In this document: piece after piece, positions 17,054 to 25,916 of the stretch
Position numbering within the stretch: position 1 is the stretch's first letter
How the letters are laid out: every line of letters starts with the position of its first letter
Virus record (IMG/VR): IMGVR_UViG_3300030372_004122
Coordinates: 1-26,481 of that record
Strand: one strand, 5' to 3'
Length of the DNA: 26,481 bases
Origin: a virus
Lineage: Duplodnaviria > Caudoviricetes
Position numbers and translations under genes: made by a program
Notes under the pieces: model-generated
What the model saw: the letters and a program-made list of their open reading frames with translations, nothing else
The model's database searches: none
Told to the model about the DNA's origin: nothing

Positions 17054-18435
17054 AACAAGCGCCCCTGCGGCAGCGCATCTGTCGGCTTTCGACTCTCTGG
17101 TTTATTCAGTATGTGCCGATGCTCGATGCGCTTTCTTGAGATATCGGCATAGCCCGCATTCAATTCGATCCCAATAAACCGGAATCCCTCATCTAAGGCC
17201 GCCATGCCTGTTGACCCCGATCCGGTGAATGGGTCGAGCACCACGCCGTCCGGCGGCGTCACTAATCGAACCAACCACCGCATGACGTCGACGGGCTTAA
17301 CCGTCGGATGGTCATTTTCTCGACTACCGGGTGTCAACGATGAATCCATCCCCGCTTCACGCTCCGCCACTGATGTTTTCGCCGTATAGAAAAATCGCGA
17401 CGCCTCCGACTGTTTGTCTAAAAGCAGCGCGGCATCTTGGTCGAGCAAAAGGTTTGCGGGCCACCGTCCGAACCGTTCCGGAGTGTCGCCGCCCGACGCA
17501 AAATCAGTAACACCGGCAGCACCCCGTTCAACCTCGGGCATTAACTCGTCGCCGATCTTGGTTCCCTCGATGTTGTATGCGCCGGTCCCGTACTCCAGCA
17601 CGTTGTTCGTGGTCGTTCCTATGAATGGTTTGCGAGCTACCGCGATCGGTTCGTGAGCCGGCTTGAGCGCCGTTCCCCATCCTTGCCATTTCGCTGCATT
17701 TTCTGTTGCCGGAATTTCTCGCTGCTCTTTTGCTTCCAGCGCGACGTGGTTTTCATAGTTCGCTTTCCAAGTCTGAGCGCCAGCGGGCGACGCGTGTTGT
17801 CCGGTCACTTCGCGCTTATACCAGTTTTCGCCGTAGTCGTATTTATCGGCATTCAGCGTTACCAGCAATTCCTCGATGCGTCGCGGTATTTCCGGATTTT
17901 TTAGCGCCTTGAGCAGTGTTGGTACTTGGTCGAGTGTCGGAACATGCGGCTGTGTCGCCTGTGTGGTCCAATGGTTCGCCATGCCTCTATAGCCGAAGGC
18001 ATCATCGATCTCTGTATTTTTGACGCCAGCAGCATCTCGCACTTTCGCGATCCATCTGGTGATTTCCAGCACTTCGTCTCGGTTGTGTTTTTGCTTGTCG
18101 ATTGATTTTGATATGTCGTGATTCTTTGGAAATCCTGACCCGTACAACCACATGATCTGGTCGCGGATTTCAAACCCCGCATCCTCAATCGCTACCGCCA
18201 TTCGGTGATAAGTCCGCGAGCCGCCGAACGATAAAACGTGGCCACCCGGCTTCAATACTCGAAATGCGGCCGCCCACGTCGCAACATCATTCGCCACTCC
18301 GGAACGGTCCCACTCTCGATTCATAAAATTTAGCTCATAGGGCGGATCAGTAACGATCGCGTCGATACTGTCCGGCGGCAGCGTGTTCATCACGTCCCGA
18401 CAATCGCCGACCAATATTTGCAGCGGGTCGTTCAC
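17050..18435 (-). CDS. DNA methyltransferase, beta class (DPPY), with an internal HTH-like insert
   Basis: TDPPY, WLYGSGFPK, ALKPAHEPI, HPTVKP, DPFTGSGST; GTG start. Confidence 0.93.
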   Translation of the reverse strand: MNDPLQILVGDCRDVMNTLPPDSIDAIVTDPPYELNFMNREWDRSGVANDVATWAAAFRVLKPGGHVLSFGGSRTYHRMAVAIEDAGFEIRDQIMWLYGSGFPKNHDISKSIDKQKHNRDEVLEITRWIAKVRDAAGVKNTEIDDAFGYRGMANHWTTQATQPHVPTLDQVPTLLKALKNPEIPRRIEELLVTLNADKYDYGENWYKREVTGQHASPAGAQTWKANYENHVALEAKEQREIPATENAAKWQGWGTALKPAHEPIAVARKPFIGTTTNNVLEYGTGAYNIEGTKIGDELMPEVERGAAGVTDFASGGDTPERFGRWPANLLLDQDAALLLDKQSEASRFFYTAKTSVAEREAGMDSSLTPGSRENDHPTVKPVDVMRWLVRLVTPPDGVVLDPFTGSGSTGMAALDEGFRFIGIELNAGYADISRKRIEHRHILNKPESRKPTDALPQGRLF

Positions 18436-18626
18436 TATGCCGCGCTCTTTTTCTTCTTACGGCTGATCTGCCAATTCAACGGATCGAAGTCTGGCGGCAG
18501 GTCATAATTACGAACGGCGCCGCAGTACTTACATTCGCCATCGGTCGCTACCGGAAACACCGGTCGAGGGATTACGAACCAATGGTTGCATTCTTGTTCT
18601 GGTTGTTCGGTTTTTTTACTCATCAT
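18435..18626 (-). CDS. Small zinc-finger protein
   Basis: CNHWF...CKYCG; coupled to the MTase start. Confidence 0.7.
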   Translation of the reverse strand: MMSKKTEQPEQECNHWFVIPRPVFPVATDGECKYCGAVRNYDLPPDFDPLNWQISRKKKKSAA

Positions 18627-18633
18627 TAACCGT

Positions 18634-18741
18634 CGAAACTTTCACCGAAACAGGGGTAGCCTGCCTGATAGGGGCAAGGCTAACCATCCTTTGTTTCGCT
18701 GTCCGTAACAGTGTTACGAAACAATTCTGCAATTTGTTTCG
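18634..18741. promoter_or_regulatory. Putative replication origin
   Basis: Six CG(A/T)AACA heptamers arranged as three inverted pairs, plus a hairpin, directly downstream of the helicase gene. Confidence 0.6.
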
Positions 18742-18748
18742 CGCCTGT

Positions 18749-20119
18749 TTAGGACCGTAAGGACCAAAGATTCGTCTGCCCTTCGTTGCCTGTTATCTCG
18801 AATATTCCGGAGTCACGGCCCCGCTTCATCTCCACTCGTATGTGTTCTTCTGAGATTGGGTTGTCGGCATCATCCCCGCGGATTTTGCTAACGTCGGCCG
18901 CTATGTCTCTGCAGGCAATATTCGATCGGCTCCGAAGCACAAGCAATATCAGCTCTCTTATGGGCGGATGCTTCCTTTTCGGCATGCTTTCCTCTGCGCT
19001 TTCTTCCGAAGCCGCTAGTCTGGCTTCGTGAAAATCCATACTGGAAACGGGCGTATAGCTGGCCGATCGCATGTGGCCATGCTCGTTGTTCGAAAACTCC
19101 ACTTTGTAGAATTGCGGTGGGTGAATTCGTCCGCGGTTGATCTTTGTGTTCCAAAGCCTGATGAATACTTCATCCGAATCTTCGATCTGCACCTTGTCGA
19201 TGAGCCAACACAGCCGAGCAGATGATCGGGAAAATACCGACCCCATCGGCCGCTTGTCATCCATCCTTTTTGATTTGGCAGCCTCAGCGCTTAAGTGATG
19301 GATCATGACTACAGGCACCCCAAGCGTCCGCGCCGTATTACAAGCGGCGAGAACCGCAGTCTGATCGTTCGGATCGCCGCATGCCAGGCTGAGCGAATCG
19401 ACCACCACCACCCCTATGTCGTGTTCGGCTATCTGTTTGATGAGTGAGCGCGACGAGTCGGCGAGCAGCCCTTCCATGCGCCTGTACTTGACCGCATCGG
19501 CCCATAGGTCCGAGACGTTCTGGCCCGTGAGCAACGCATCCATCCGTTCCTTCAGTGTCTCGGGCGAATCTTCCCAATCGAGATACAACACCTGCTGCGA
19601 CTGAGTCGGGTTGTGATGAAGGATCGGAATGCCGGTCCCGATAGACAACACGGCCGCCGCTACAAACATGCTCTTCCCCGCGGCTGAATCCGCATAAATA
19701 ATTGTGAGATCGTTGCAGATATACGGTGCCAGTATGTTGTCTTCCTTGTCTGGGTCAACAATGACGGTGGACAAATCAATCACCGGTGGCCCCTCGGCGT
19801 ATGCTTTTTTCGATTCGCGGGATATTGTGTTGAGCCGATCGGCCCAATCGACAAATGCGATCCCGTCGTATAAATCGGCAAGGGTCTTTGCTTGGCTTTT
19901 TCTGGTTCCGGACGAATTGAGATTCAGGTTCCCGTGATCGATTATTTCGATCCCGCCGTTCTCCTGCATGAGCATGTATTGGGCGTATGTCGTTAGGGAC
20001 GATCCCGATCTTGTGAAGCCTTCGAACGTAATCACCACTGAATCGGAATACCGGTATTCGTGATAATCGGCCAGATGCTTTTGGCTCGTTATCTCGGCAG
20101 CTGTGACCGCTTCAACCAT
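18749..20119 (-). CDS. RecA-fold AAA (RepA/AAA_25-like) replicative helicase with C-terminal wHTH
   Basis: Walker A ADSAAGKS, VLYLDWED, Walker B VVVVDSL, MIHH, GS motif. Confidence 0.88.
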   Translation of the reverse strand: MVEAVTAAEITSQKHLADYHEYRYSDSVVITFEGFTRSGSSLTTYAQYMLMQENGGIEIIDHGNLNLNSSGTRKSQAKTLADLYDGIAFVDWADRLNTISRESKKAYAEGPPVIDLSTVIVDPDKEDNILAPYICNDLTIIYADSAAGKSMFVAAAVLSIGTGIPILHHNPTQSQQVLYLDWEDSPETLKERMDALLTGQNVSDLWADAVKYRRMEGLLADSSRSLIKQIAEHDIGVVVVDSLSLACGDPNDQTAVLAACNTARTLGVPVVMIHHLSAEAAKSKRMDDKRPMGSVFSRSSARLCWLIDKVQIEDSDEVFIRLWNTKINRGRIHPPQFYKVEFSNNEHGHMRSASYTPVSSMDFHEARLAASEESAEESMPKRKHPPIRELILLVLRSRSNIACRDIAADVSKIRGDDADNPISEEHIRVEMKRGRDSGIFEITGNEGQTNLWSLRS

Positions 20120-20523
20120 TAGCGCAGCACCTCATCCGCCGGTACGGTCAGGCGAGTCTTGGCTGCGGGCCTGCTTTGCATCGAACTTGGGGGTTCCAAA
20201 GAAGCGCCATGCCCAACAGGCGGATTCTGATCGGCATCGATTACCTCGTCACCGTCCGCCCTACCCGCAACCAAGACATCTGACTCACGGCCGCATGTGT
20301 GAGAGGAAACGATGAAATTTCCACGGCCGATGAATCCACAATTACGACACCGCCAAGGAAGGCGGGTACGAATTTTTGTCTGCATAAATATCGCGAGAGT
20401 ATCCTCATGCCTCTCTCCGGTTTCGGCGTTTCTCGCGAATCGTTCGCCGTAACCTCGCACCACCATTTCTGGGCACCATTGACATTCCCAAGCGTCCAGC
20501 TTCATTCGTCGCGCGTATCTCAT
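20119..20523 (-). CDS. Hypothetical zinc-finger protein
   Basis: CQWC..H, CRNC..HTC; TAATG coupling on both sides. Confidence 0.7.
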   Translation of the reverse strand: MRYARRMKLDAWECQWCPEMVVRGYGERFARNAETGERHEDTLAIFMQTKIRTRLPWRCRNCGFIGRGNFIVSSHTCGRESDVLVAGRADGDEVIDADQNPPVGHGASLEPPSSMQSRPAAKTRLTVPADEVLR

Positions 20524-21119
20524 TAGAACGCCTCGAAGTCTGGAACAAGTCGCATCGGTACGCCCTGATCACAATACTTGGCATATCCCTTTTCGTTCTT
20601 GATTTCTTGTCCGTTGGCATCGGTTAGTTTTTGGGTGCAGACATATGCATCTTCTTCTTTAAGTGGTTCGCCCTGATATTGGCGGGTCTTGGCCTTCCAC
20701 GCATCGGCGCCTGTTACGGGACGCATCGCCGCCGGTTGGTTCTGGTAGGTATGAATGCCGCAACCTGGTACATCTTTTCCATATTGATTCTTCGCCCAAA
20801 TGAACCCGAGCGCCGGTTTTGCCGTATTTTGGCCGGATGGCTCAGAATTTATCGCGCTGTGTGCGCCCTGTGCGCCCGTTTCGGTCCTCACCTGAGTATT
20901 TGTACCTTGGCGATTTTGCCAATACTTCGTCATTTCCCGCAGAAAGATCTCGGTCTGAGTCATCATCAAATTAAAATCAGTAGAATGTAAAATGGCCGCA
21001 TCGTCCGCGGTTAGCTCGTCACTATGTCGGAAATAGTGGGTGAATTTATAGCCGTCGATCTCATATAAGACCACCCCTACCTTGTCATCCCCTATCGGGC
21101 CGAGTGTTGCATCGCTCAT
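20523..21119 (-). CDS. Hypothetical early protein with a CxxH...C...C motif
   Basis: Start moved to ATG 21119 behind GGGAAGGA. Confidence 0.72.
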   Translation of the reverse strand: MSDATLGPIGDDKVGVVLYEIDGYKFTHYFRHSDELTADDAAILHSTDFNLMMTQTEIFLREMTKYWQNRQGTNTQVRTETGAQGAHSAINSEPSGQNTAKPALGFIWAKNQYGKDVPGCGIHTYQNQPAAMRPVTGADAWKAKTRQYQGEPLKEEDAYVCTQKLTDANGQEIKNEKGYAKYCDQGVPMRLVPDFEAF

Positions 21120-21136
21120 GTTGTTGTCCTTCCCTG

Positions 21137-21628
21137 TTAGCCGTGATGGCGTCCTTCCAATTTCGCGCGGCACCAATTCATATCGCTTTTGATTAGGTAC
21201 TCGCTTTTTTCCAACCAGCGCATCTCGCCTTCTTGATAGGAGATCTCGGCCGCGGCCTCTTGCAGCCGTTCCTGAATGAGTGGGTACTCACTATCCTTTT
21301 CGAGATTCAGCGCCAGATGCGCTTGTCGTTCTTTTTCGTTTTTACCTTCGAGGCCGTCCCGTATAAACTCGTTGACTACTCGGTCGGCCTCTTTTTGGAT
21401 TCGCGCCCGTTCGTCCCGTAGTTCTTTTAGCGACCGCGTGACCATCAGCCAGTCTTGGGTGAACGTGACCCAATTCTGGCGGGATTGAATGTAGAACCGA
21501 TCGATGTATATGTTCATCGGATCTTCGCCCCATTCAGTCGGGATCGGGTTGTCGCGTATTTGTTCTTGTTCCTGCTCGGTCCTGTCAGGCCATAACGGCT
21601 CGATGCTTGGGTTGGTCTCATTAGTCAT
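21137..21628 (-). CDS. Hypothetical coiled-coil early protein
   Basis: ATG 21628 overlaps the upstream TGA; LEGKNEKERQA motif. Confidence 0.75.
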   Translation of the reverse strand: MTNETNPSIEPLWPDRTEQEQEQIRDNPIPTEWGEDPMNIYIDRFYIQSRQNWVTFTQDWLMVTRSLKELRDERARIQKEADRVVNEFIRDGLEGKNEKERQAHLALNLEKDSEYPLIQERLQEAAAEISYQEGEMRWLEKSEYLIKSDMNWCRAKLEGRHHG

Positions 21629-21935
21629 CTCGGCATCGTCCGTTCGATTAGCTCGCAAATGTCTAGCAAGCTATGCGGATTTCGCATGAATGTTTCCCAA
21701 CCTTGAAGCGTTAAGTGCGCGGTGGCCAGATCCGGACACCATGATTCGAGCACAAAGCCTTGCGGCCTGTGGGTCGGGTCGGTATGGCGGATTATGAACT
21801 CGCCGGACGAACTAATGTAATGGAGACTGTAGAGATCGCCGTTTGGGTGTTCCCATTCGTGACCAAAGTCTTTTATAAAGTGTCGATCGGTGCCGGGTGC
21901 CTTGAAATAATCCGAAATCGTGAAAAACTGCTCAT
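21625..21935 (-). CDS. Hypothetical protein, apparently frameshifted near its 5' end
   Basis: The coupled ATG at 21935 is one base out of frame with the protein-like body (FTISDYFKAP...DFGHEW...); T5 run at 21923-21927. Confidence 0.55.
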
Positions 21936-22246
21936 GTACCCCATATGATCGACCGCCATATGGTGAGTTTCCGGCCGTGGTTGCCTTCTCTAGTGCTTCT
22001 TCGAACTCGTCCGGTATCTTCGATGATTCCTTCATTTCTAAGCCGCGTACAAACCCCGCCCAACGCGCGAGGCTCTCTGACCTTGGCCAGCCCTTTTTCC
22101 CAAATGTCATCGGTGGTCCATTCTTCTTTTTCATAACAAATCTCTATCGCGATCTCTCTTGCTTTTTCTCTCCACGTTTCAGGCGAGGCGGCATACGAGC
22201 GCTCGATGGCCTCGACCGTCACGCCCCAAAAACTCGTCTGCATCAT
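21932..22246 (-). CDS. Hypothetical winged-helix-like early protein
   Basis: WTTDDIW...PRALGGV...GIIEDTG...HGR..TIWRS; ATGA coupling. Confidence 0.75.
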   Translation of the reverse strand: MMQTSFWGVTVEAIERSYAASPETWREKAREIAIEICYEKEEWTTDDIWEKGLAKVREPRALGGVCTRLRNEGIIEDTGRVRRSTREGNHGRKLTIWRSIIWGT

Positions 22247-22455
22247 CGGCCCGCAATAAATCGTTTCAGGTCAGCGCCTGTTACATAGCGACGCCCTTTT
22301 TTGAATCCACCAGCTACCGGCATGTTTAGCCCGCCACTTTTGATCCATTTATGCAACGTTGGCTGCGAGACATCCAACACTTCCATGACTTCTTCGAACG
22401 AATAGATGTGGTCATCGATGATCCGTTCTGGTGAGTTATTTACAGTTCTCAGCAC
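22243..22455 (-). CDS. Cro/excisionase-like HTH protein
   Basis: YSFEEVMEVLDVSQPTLHKWIKSG...VTGADLKRFI; first gene divergent from the repressor. Confidence 0.85.
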   Translation of the reverse strand: MLRTVNNSPERIIDDHIYSFEEVMEVLDVSQPTLHKWIKSGGLNMPVAGGFKKGRRYVTGADLKRFIAGR

Positions 22456-22479
22456 CTTTACCCCCTTGTCCGGATTTTT

Positions 22480-22507
22480 ATTCTAGCGCCTTCACTTCTC
22501 TTTGCAA
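22480..22507 (-). promoter_or_regulatory. Lytic (leftward) sigma70-type promoter
   Basis: TTGCAA-16 bp-TAGAAT on the minus strand. Confidence 0.65.
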
Positions 22508-22557
22508 GGGTCTAGCTATTCACTTCTTTTGTTATTTTTGTTAACTTTTGGAGAGTT

Positions 22558-22585
22558 TTGTAAAATGGTAGAATTAGGGTATAAT
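22558..22585 (+). promoter_or_regulatory. Repressor (rightward) sigma70-type promoter
   Basis: TTGTAA-16 bp-TATAAT; overlapping extended -10 TGGTAGAAT. Confidence 0.65.
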
Positions 22586-22608
22586 CGGACTGTGTGAAAG
22601 GAACGATT

Positions 22609-23109
22609 ATGACTCCAAAACAAGCGCCACATCCCGCCGTTACGGATCTCCAACAGATCCGCGGCGAGAGATTACGAGACCGCCGCAAGCTGCTCGGCCT
22701 CACTCAAAAACAGGTGACCCAACTTCTACCGGACGCGACGGCGAATAACCCAAACGCGGTCGGGCGAGTCGAGACTGGCGAGGTGCAGATGACTGATACC
22801 CGCGCCATCTTTTTGTCTCGCATTCTTCGCGTCCCTGTTGCTTGGATATACGAAACCGACGGATACGAGTTACTCGAACGGACCGATGATCCCTTCCTCG
22901 ACCGTGAAATCATGCAGCGCCAAATCCTGGGCGGGAAAACCATAAAAAAAATAATTGCTGCGGTCGGTGAAAAGGCCGCGCAGCCCACTATTGATCTAAT
23001 GGTGACTGATGAGATCTTGGCGGTCGGTGCGAACAATAGGGATACCGGCCTAAGAATAAGCATGAAGCTCATCGCTGCTCTCATCGTGAAAGAAGGCACC
23101 AATGTCTAA
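22609..23109 (+). CDS. XRE-family phage repressor
   Basis: GERLRDRRKLLGLTQKQV...VGRVETG...LSRILRVPVAWI; ATG 22609 behind AAGGA; no S24 autopeptidase domain evident. Confidence 0.88.
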   Translation: MTPKQAPHPAVTDLQQIRGERLRDRRKLLGLTQKQVTQLLPDATANNPNAVGRVETGEVQMTDTRAIFLSRILRVPVAWIYETDGYELLERTDDPFLDREIMQRQILGGKTIKKIIAAVGEKAAQPTIDLMVTDEILAVGANNRDTGLRISMKLIAALIVKEGTNV

Positions 23110-23887
23110 TCAATCGGAACGATACGGCCCATGGCTAGAGGGCGAGACATGGCGAATTGATCGCGACGGTTGGCCACGGGCGCCGAAACTCACTGAGCCG
23201 CCACGACTCGAAAAGTATCTGGCGCAGCCCGTGAGTGAGATTTTGCGGACGCTCGGAAACTACACCGCAAAAGAAGTTGTATTGAAGGCATACGAATTGG
23301 GACTGCGAACCGGTCATTCCCCGCGAGCGTTGGCTACGGCTCTTGGCTGGCGTGTGATTGACTCAACCGATCCTGAATGGGAATTCGGACTGTTTCAACC
23401 TGTACCGGAACGCAACAGACCGTGGATCGCCGTGATGCCTCCGTTCGCCGCCTATGAGCATTTACGGCGAGCCAACGTCGCGCTGGCGCATTGGATCTAT
23501 TTGGTCCAAATACAGCTGGCCGGACTGGATACTTGCTGCACTCCGGATGATCTCGCGGTCGAACTCGGCACCCTAGCAGATCATGAAGTCGCGGTACATC
23601 ACGGCGACCACGGCATGAAGCATTGGTGGGAGGCGAGTGTTTGGGCGCGTAACTTTTTCGGGACGAATGCGATCTTCCAAAGTGAGAGACTAGCGAGCGA
23701 TGTGCGACGAGAAGATGTCCGCCGCAACTATGTCATGCATGGGGTGCCTCAGCGTCCGCAGCCGTCCGCTAGCAGACAACTCGATGACCTGCTGACAGTT
23801 TGGGACAGGAATAACGGCGATCACTACCGCCGAGCGTTAATGGACAGAATAGGAGAGACCAATGGCGACCAGAACGAAAGTGTGTGA
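23102..23887 (+). CDS. ImmA/IrrE-like protein, catalytic motif degenerate
   Basis: Position between repressor and integrase; PRALATALGWRV, RRANVALAHWIY, WEASVWARNFF echo the M78 pattern, but no HExxH. Confidence 0.5.
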   Translation: MSNQSERYGPWLEGETWRIDRDGWPRAPKLTEPPRLEKYLAQPVSEILRTLGNYTAKEVVLKAYELGLRTGHSPRALATALGWRVIDSTDPEWEFGLFQPVPERNRPWIAVMPPFAAYEHLRRANVALAHWIYLVQIQLAGLDTCCTPDDLAVELGTLADHEVAVHHGDHGMKHWWEASVWARNFFGTNAIFQSERLASDVRREDVRRNYVMHGVPQRPQPSASRQLDDLLTVWDRNNGDHYRRALMDRIGETNGDQNESV

Positions 23888-25175
23888 CAACACCGCATGC
23901 GGAATCACGATCTCGAAAGATGGGTCCGTCGGAAAAAAGGCATATAGGTATGGCGACGCCAACCGAGTTAACACGGGCCGCGGATACATCAATAACCTGG
24001 CACTAAATTTTCGGCTCTATGTTTGTTCGGCGCCTTGTTATTACCAAGCGAAAGCCGATCTGGCGCAGCCGGCCAAACAGATTCGGACCGGCCGTTTCGC
24101 TGATTTTGTCGAAGAATGGAAAACCGACATCGCGCCGTACCGAGTGAAGGATGACCGGCGGGTCACTCCACAAGAGGAAAAGCGCCGATGCACCACCGCT
24201 GATTACTGGGTCGAAGTCTTGGGCAATCCGACCTTCGAGAAGTTGAGCTCTCGAACCGTAACGAACCATCTGCGGGAAATGCGGAAAAGTAATCGCGCAG
24301 CATCTACGATCATGCACTATCGGGAATCCCTTGCTTTGATACTCTCCGCAGCCGTTCAGCCCGACTACAAGCTGATGACCTATGAGAAATACACCGAATG
24401 GTTCGGGATAGATAAACGGTTCAAAGGATCGATCCCCGTGTTCCACGATGAAGGCGAAAAAGATCCATATAAGAAGCACTATACAAAAGAGGAACGCGAG
24501 ACCCTGAAACGGCTGCCCGATAATACTTGGACGCGACGCCAAGCCCGAGTGGCCGCGCTGCTCACTGTGAACACCGGCATGCGTATCTCCGAGGCATGTG
24601 CGCTTCGCTGGCATCAAATACTCGACGATGACCGCGAGCCGAATTTGGACAATCCACAATGGGCCACTCTCACGAACTCGATCAACCGGCAGCGAGAATT
24701 TGCCCCTCTCAAGAATGGGCGGCCCCGCACTACCAAGATTCTCAACTCTAAAGAAATGCGATCTTTATTAAAGGAACATAAAACATTTCAGAACGAACAC
24801 CGGCTCCAAAATCCGAGCGACCACTGGGATCATGATCTCATTATTTGTGATGAGGACGGTTCGCCCTACCAAGCCCGCAGCATCGGCAACACGTTCCGGC
24901 GCGAGGTTCGGAAACTCGATCTGGTTTGGGAACGGCTCGGTGGGGCCGAGAATGGGAAGCGGCTAAAGAAAATGAGCTGCGGCACTTTCCACGATTTGCG
25001 ATCCACCTTCGTAACCGTTTGTCTGAGTGACTTAAAGATCCCGCAGCAGCTTGTGATGGAATGGGTCGGACACGCTACAAACAGAATGAATGATCACTAT
25101 TTCGATTCAACTTCGAACCTTTTGCATTCTGACGTTCGGGAAAAGATGGACAATTTCGACCAATTCGCGGTGTGA
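23862..25175 (+). CDS. int: Tyrosine integrase
   Basis: TGMRISEACALRW (R), LKNGR (K), FHDLRSTF (HxxR), VGH, DHY (Y). Confidence 0.96.
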   Translation: MATRTKVCDNTACGITISKDGSVGKKAYRYGDANRVNTGRGYINNLALNFRLYVCSAPCYYQAKADLAQPAKQIRTGRFADFVEEWKTDIAPYRVKDDRRVTPQEEKRRCTTADYWVEVLGNPTFEKLSSRTVTNHLREMRKSNRAASTIMHYRESLALILSAAVQPDYKLMTYEKYTEWFGIDKRFKGSIPVFHDEGEKDPYKKHYTKEERETLKRLPDNTWTRRQARVAALLTVNTGMRISEACALRWHQILDDDREPNLDNPQWATLTNSINRQREFAPLKNGRPRTTKILNSKEMRSLLKEHKTFQNEHRLQNPSDHWDHDLIICDEDGSPYQARSIGNTFRREVRKLDLVWERLGGAENGKRLKKMSCGTFHDLRSTFVTVCLSDLKIPQQLVMEWVGHATNRMNDHYFDSTSNLLHSDVREKMDNFDQFAV

Positions 25176-25204
25176 CCTGGTTTAAAAATCACCCGAAAAA
25201 AGTA

Positions 25205-25475
25205 CAAAGTGTCATGGAAAGTGTCATGGTTTTCTTTTCATTCTCTTTGTAGCTTTGTCGATATTTCTGTTACCTTATAGATCACCTGTTTTCGGAACCA
25301 TTGGTATACATAGGTAATCAGAGATTAGGACAAGCAAACAAGCATCACCAGAAGTGACCAAAAAAGCCGGTGATCGTCCTGTCTCCCCTGCCATTCATTT
25401 CCCAAGCCCTTATTTTACAAGGGTAAACGGGGAATAAATGGCAAACTGTCATGGAAAGTGTCATGGGTTTCTTTT
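25205..25475 (+). mobile_element. attP site
   Basis: 34-bp direct repeats (25205-25238, 25442-25475; 2 mismatches), each two tandem AAASTGTCATGG; between them a tRNA-3'-like core GTCCTGTCTCCCCTGCCA (25376-25393). Confidence 0.85.
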
Positions 25476-25486
25476 GGTATTTTATA

Positions 25487-25831
25487 TTAGCGGGCGCCCC
25501 CGTAATACTCGACCGCATACCCGTGAGCGATCATTTCCTTATTTAGATTCACGCCATCGCAGATTATTTCGGCCAAGATCCGGCCGTATTTCCCGCGTTC
25601 GTGAGATATGACCACAATTTCCTCGGCGGCTTCCATGATCTGTTTGACGTATTCTTTGCTCCGTAAGCCGCGGGCCTTCTCGATTTTGTCCCTTGTTCTA
25701 CTCTCCGGTGCATTCAGCCCGTAAAATCTCAGCCGCTGTTTTGTTAGCCAAACATCAAATCCTAAGTCGATCGACACATCGCATGTATCGCCGTCTACCA
25801 CCCGTTCCAGCTTTACTTTGTATTCATACAT
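25487..25831 (-). CDS. Thermonuclease (SNase-like) family protein
   Basis: RVVDGDT.D..IDLGF, RLRFYGLNAPE, GKYGRILA. Confidence 0.92.
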   Translation of the reverse strand: MYEYKVKLERVVDGDTCDVSIDLGFDVWLTKQRLRFYGLNAPESRTRDKIEKARGLRSKEYVKQIMEAAEEIVVISHERGKYGRILAEIICDGVNLNKEMIAHGYAVEYYGGAR

Positions 25832-25916
25832 CTGCTTCTTCTCTCTCCGGATCGTATCCGCATGCGCATTTCTCTATGTACCGTTCGTCACAATCTGGAC
25901 ACCTTCGCGGCATCAT
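25824..25916 (-). CDS. Cys-rich microprotein (30 aa)
   Basis: MMPRRCPDCDERYIEKCACGYDPEREEADV; overlaps the upstream stop (TAATG) and the nuclease start. Confidence 0.5.
   Translation of the reverse strand: MMPRRCPDCDERYIEKCACGYDPEREEADV

Noticed and set aside
15559-18435. Restriction-modification system (MTases plus nucleases)
   Set aside because: The nucleases are short HNH and resolvase types typical of the phage region upstream of terminase, not restriction enzymes
24003-24659. 218-aa ORF antisense to the integrase
   Set aside because: Shadow of int; no RBS or motif
25376-25393. Complete tRNA gene
   Set aside because: Only the last 18 nt are tRNA-like; no TTCG T-loop start, anticodon arm or D-arm upstream
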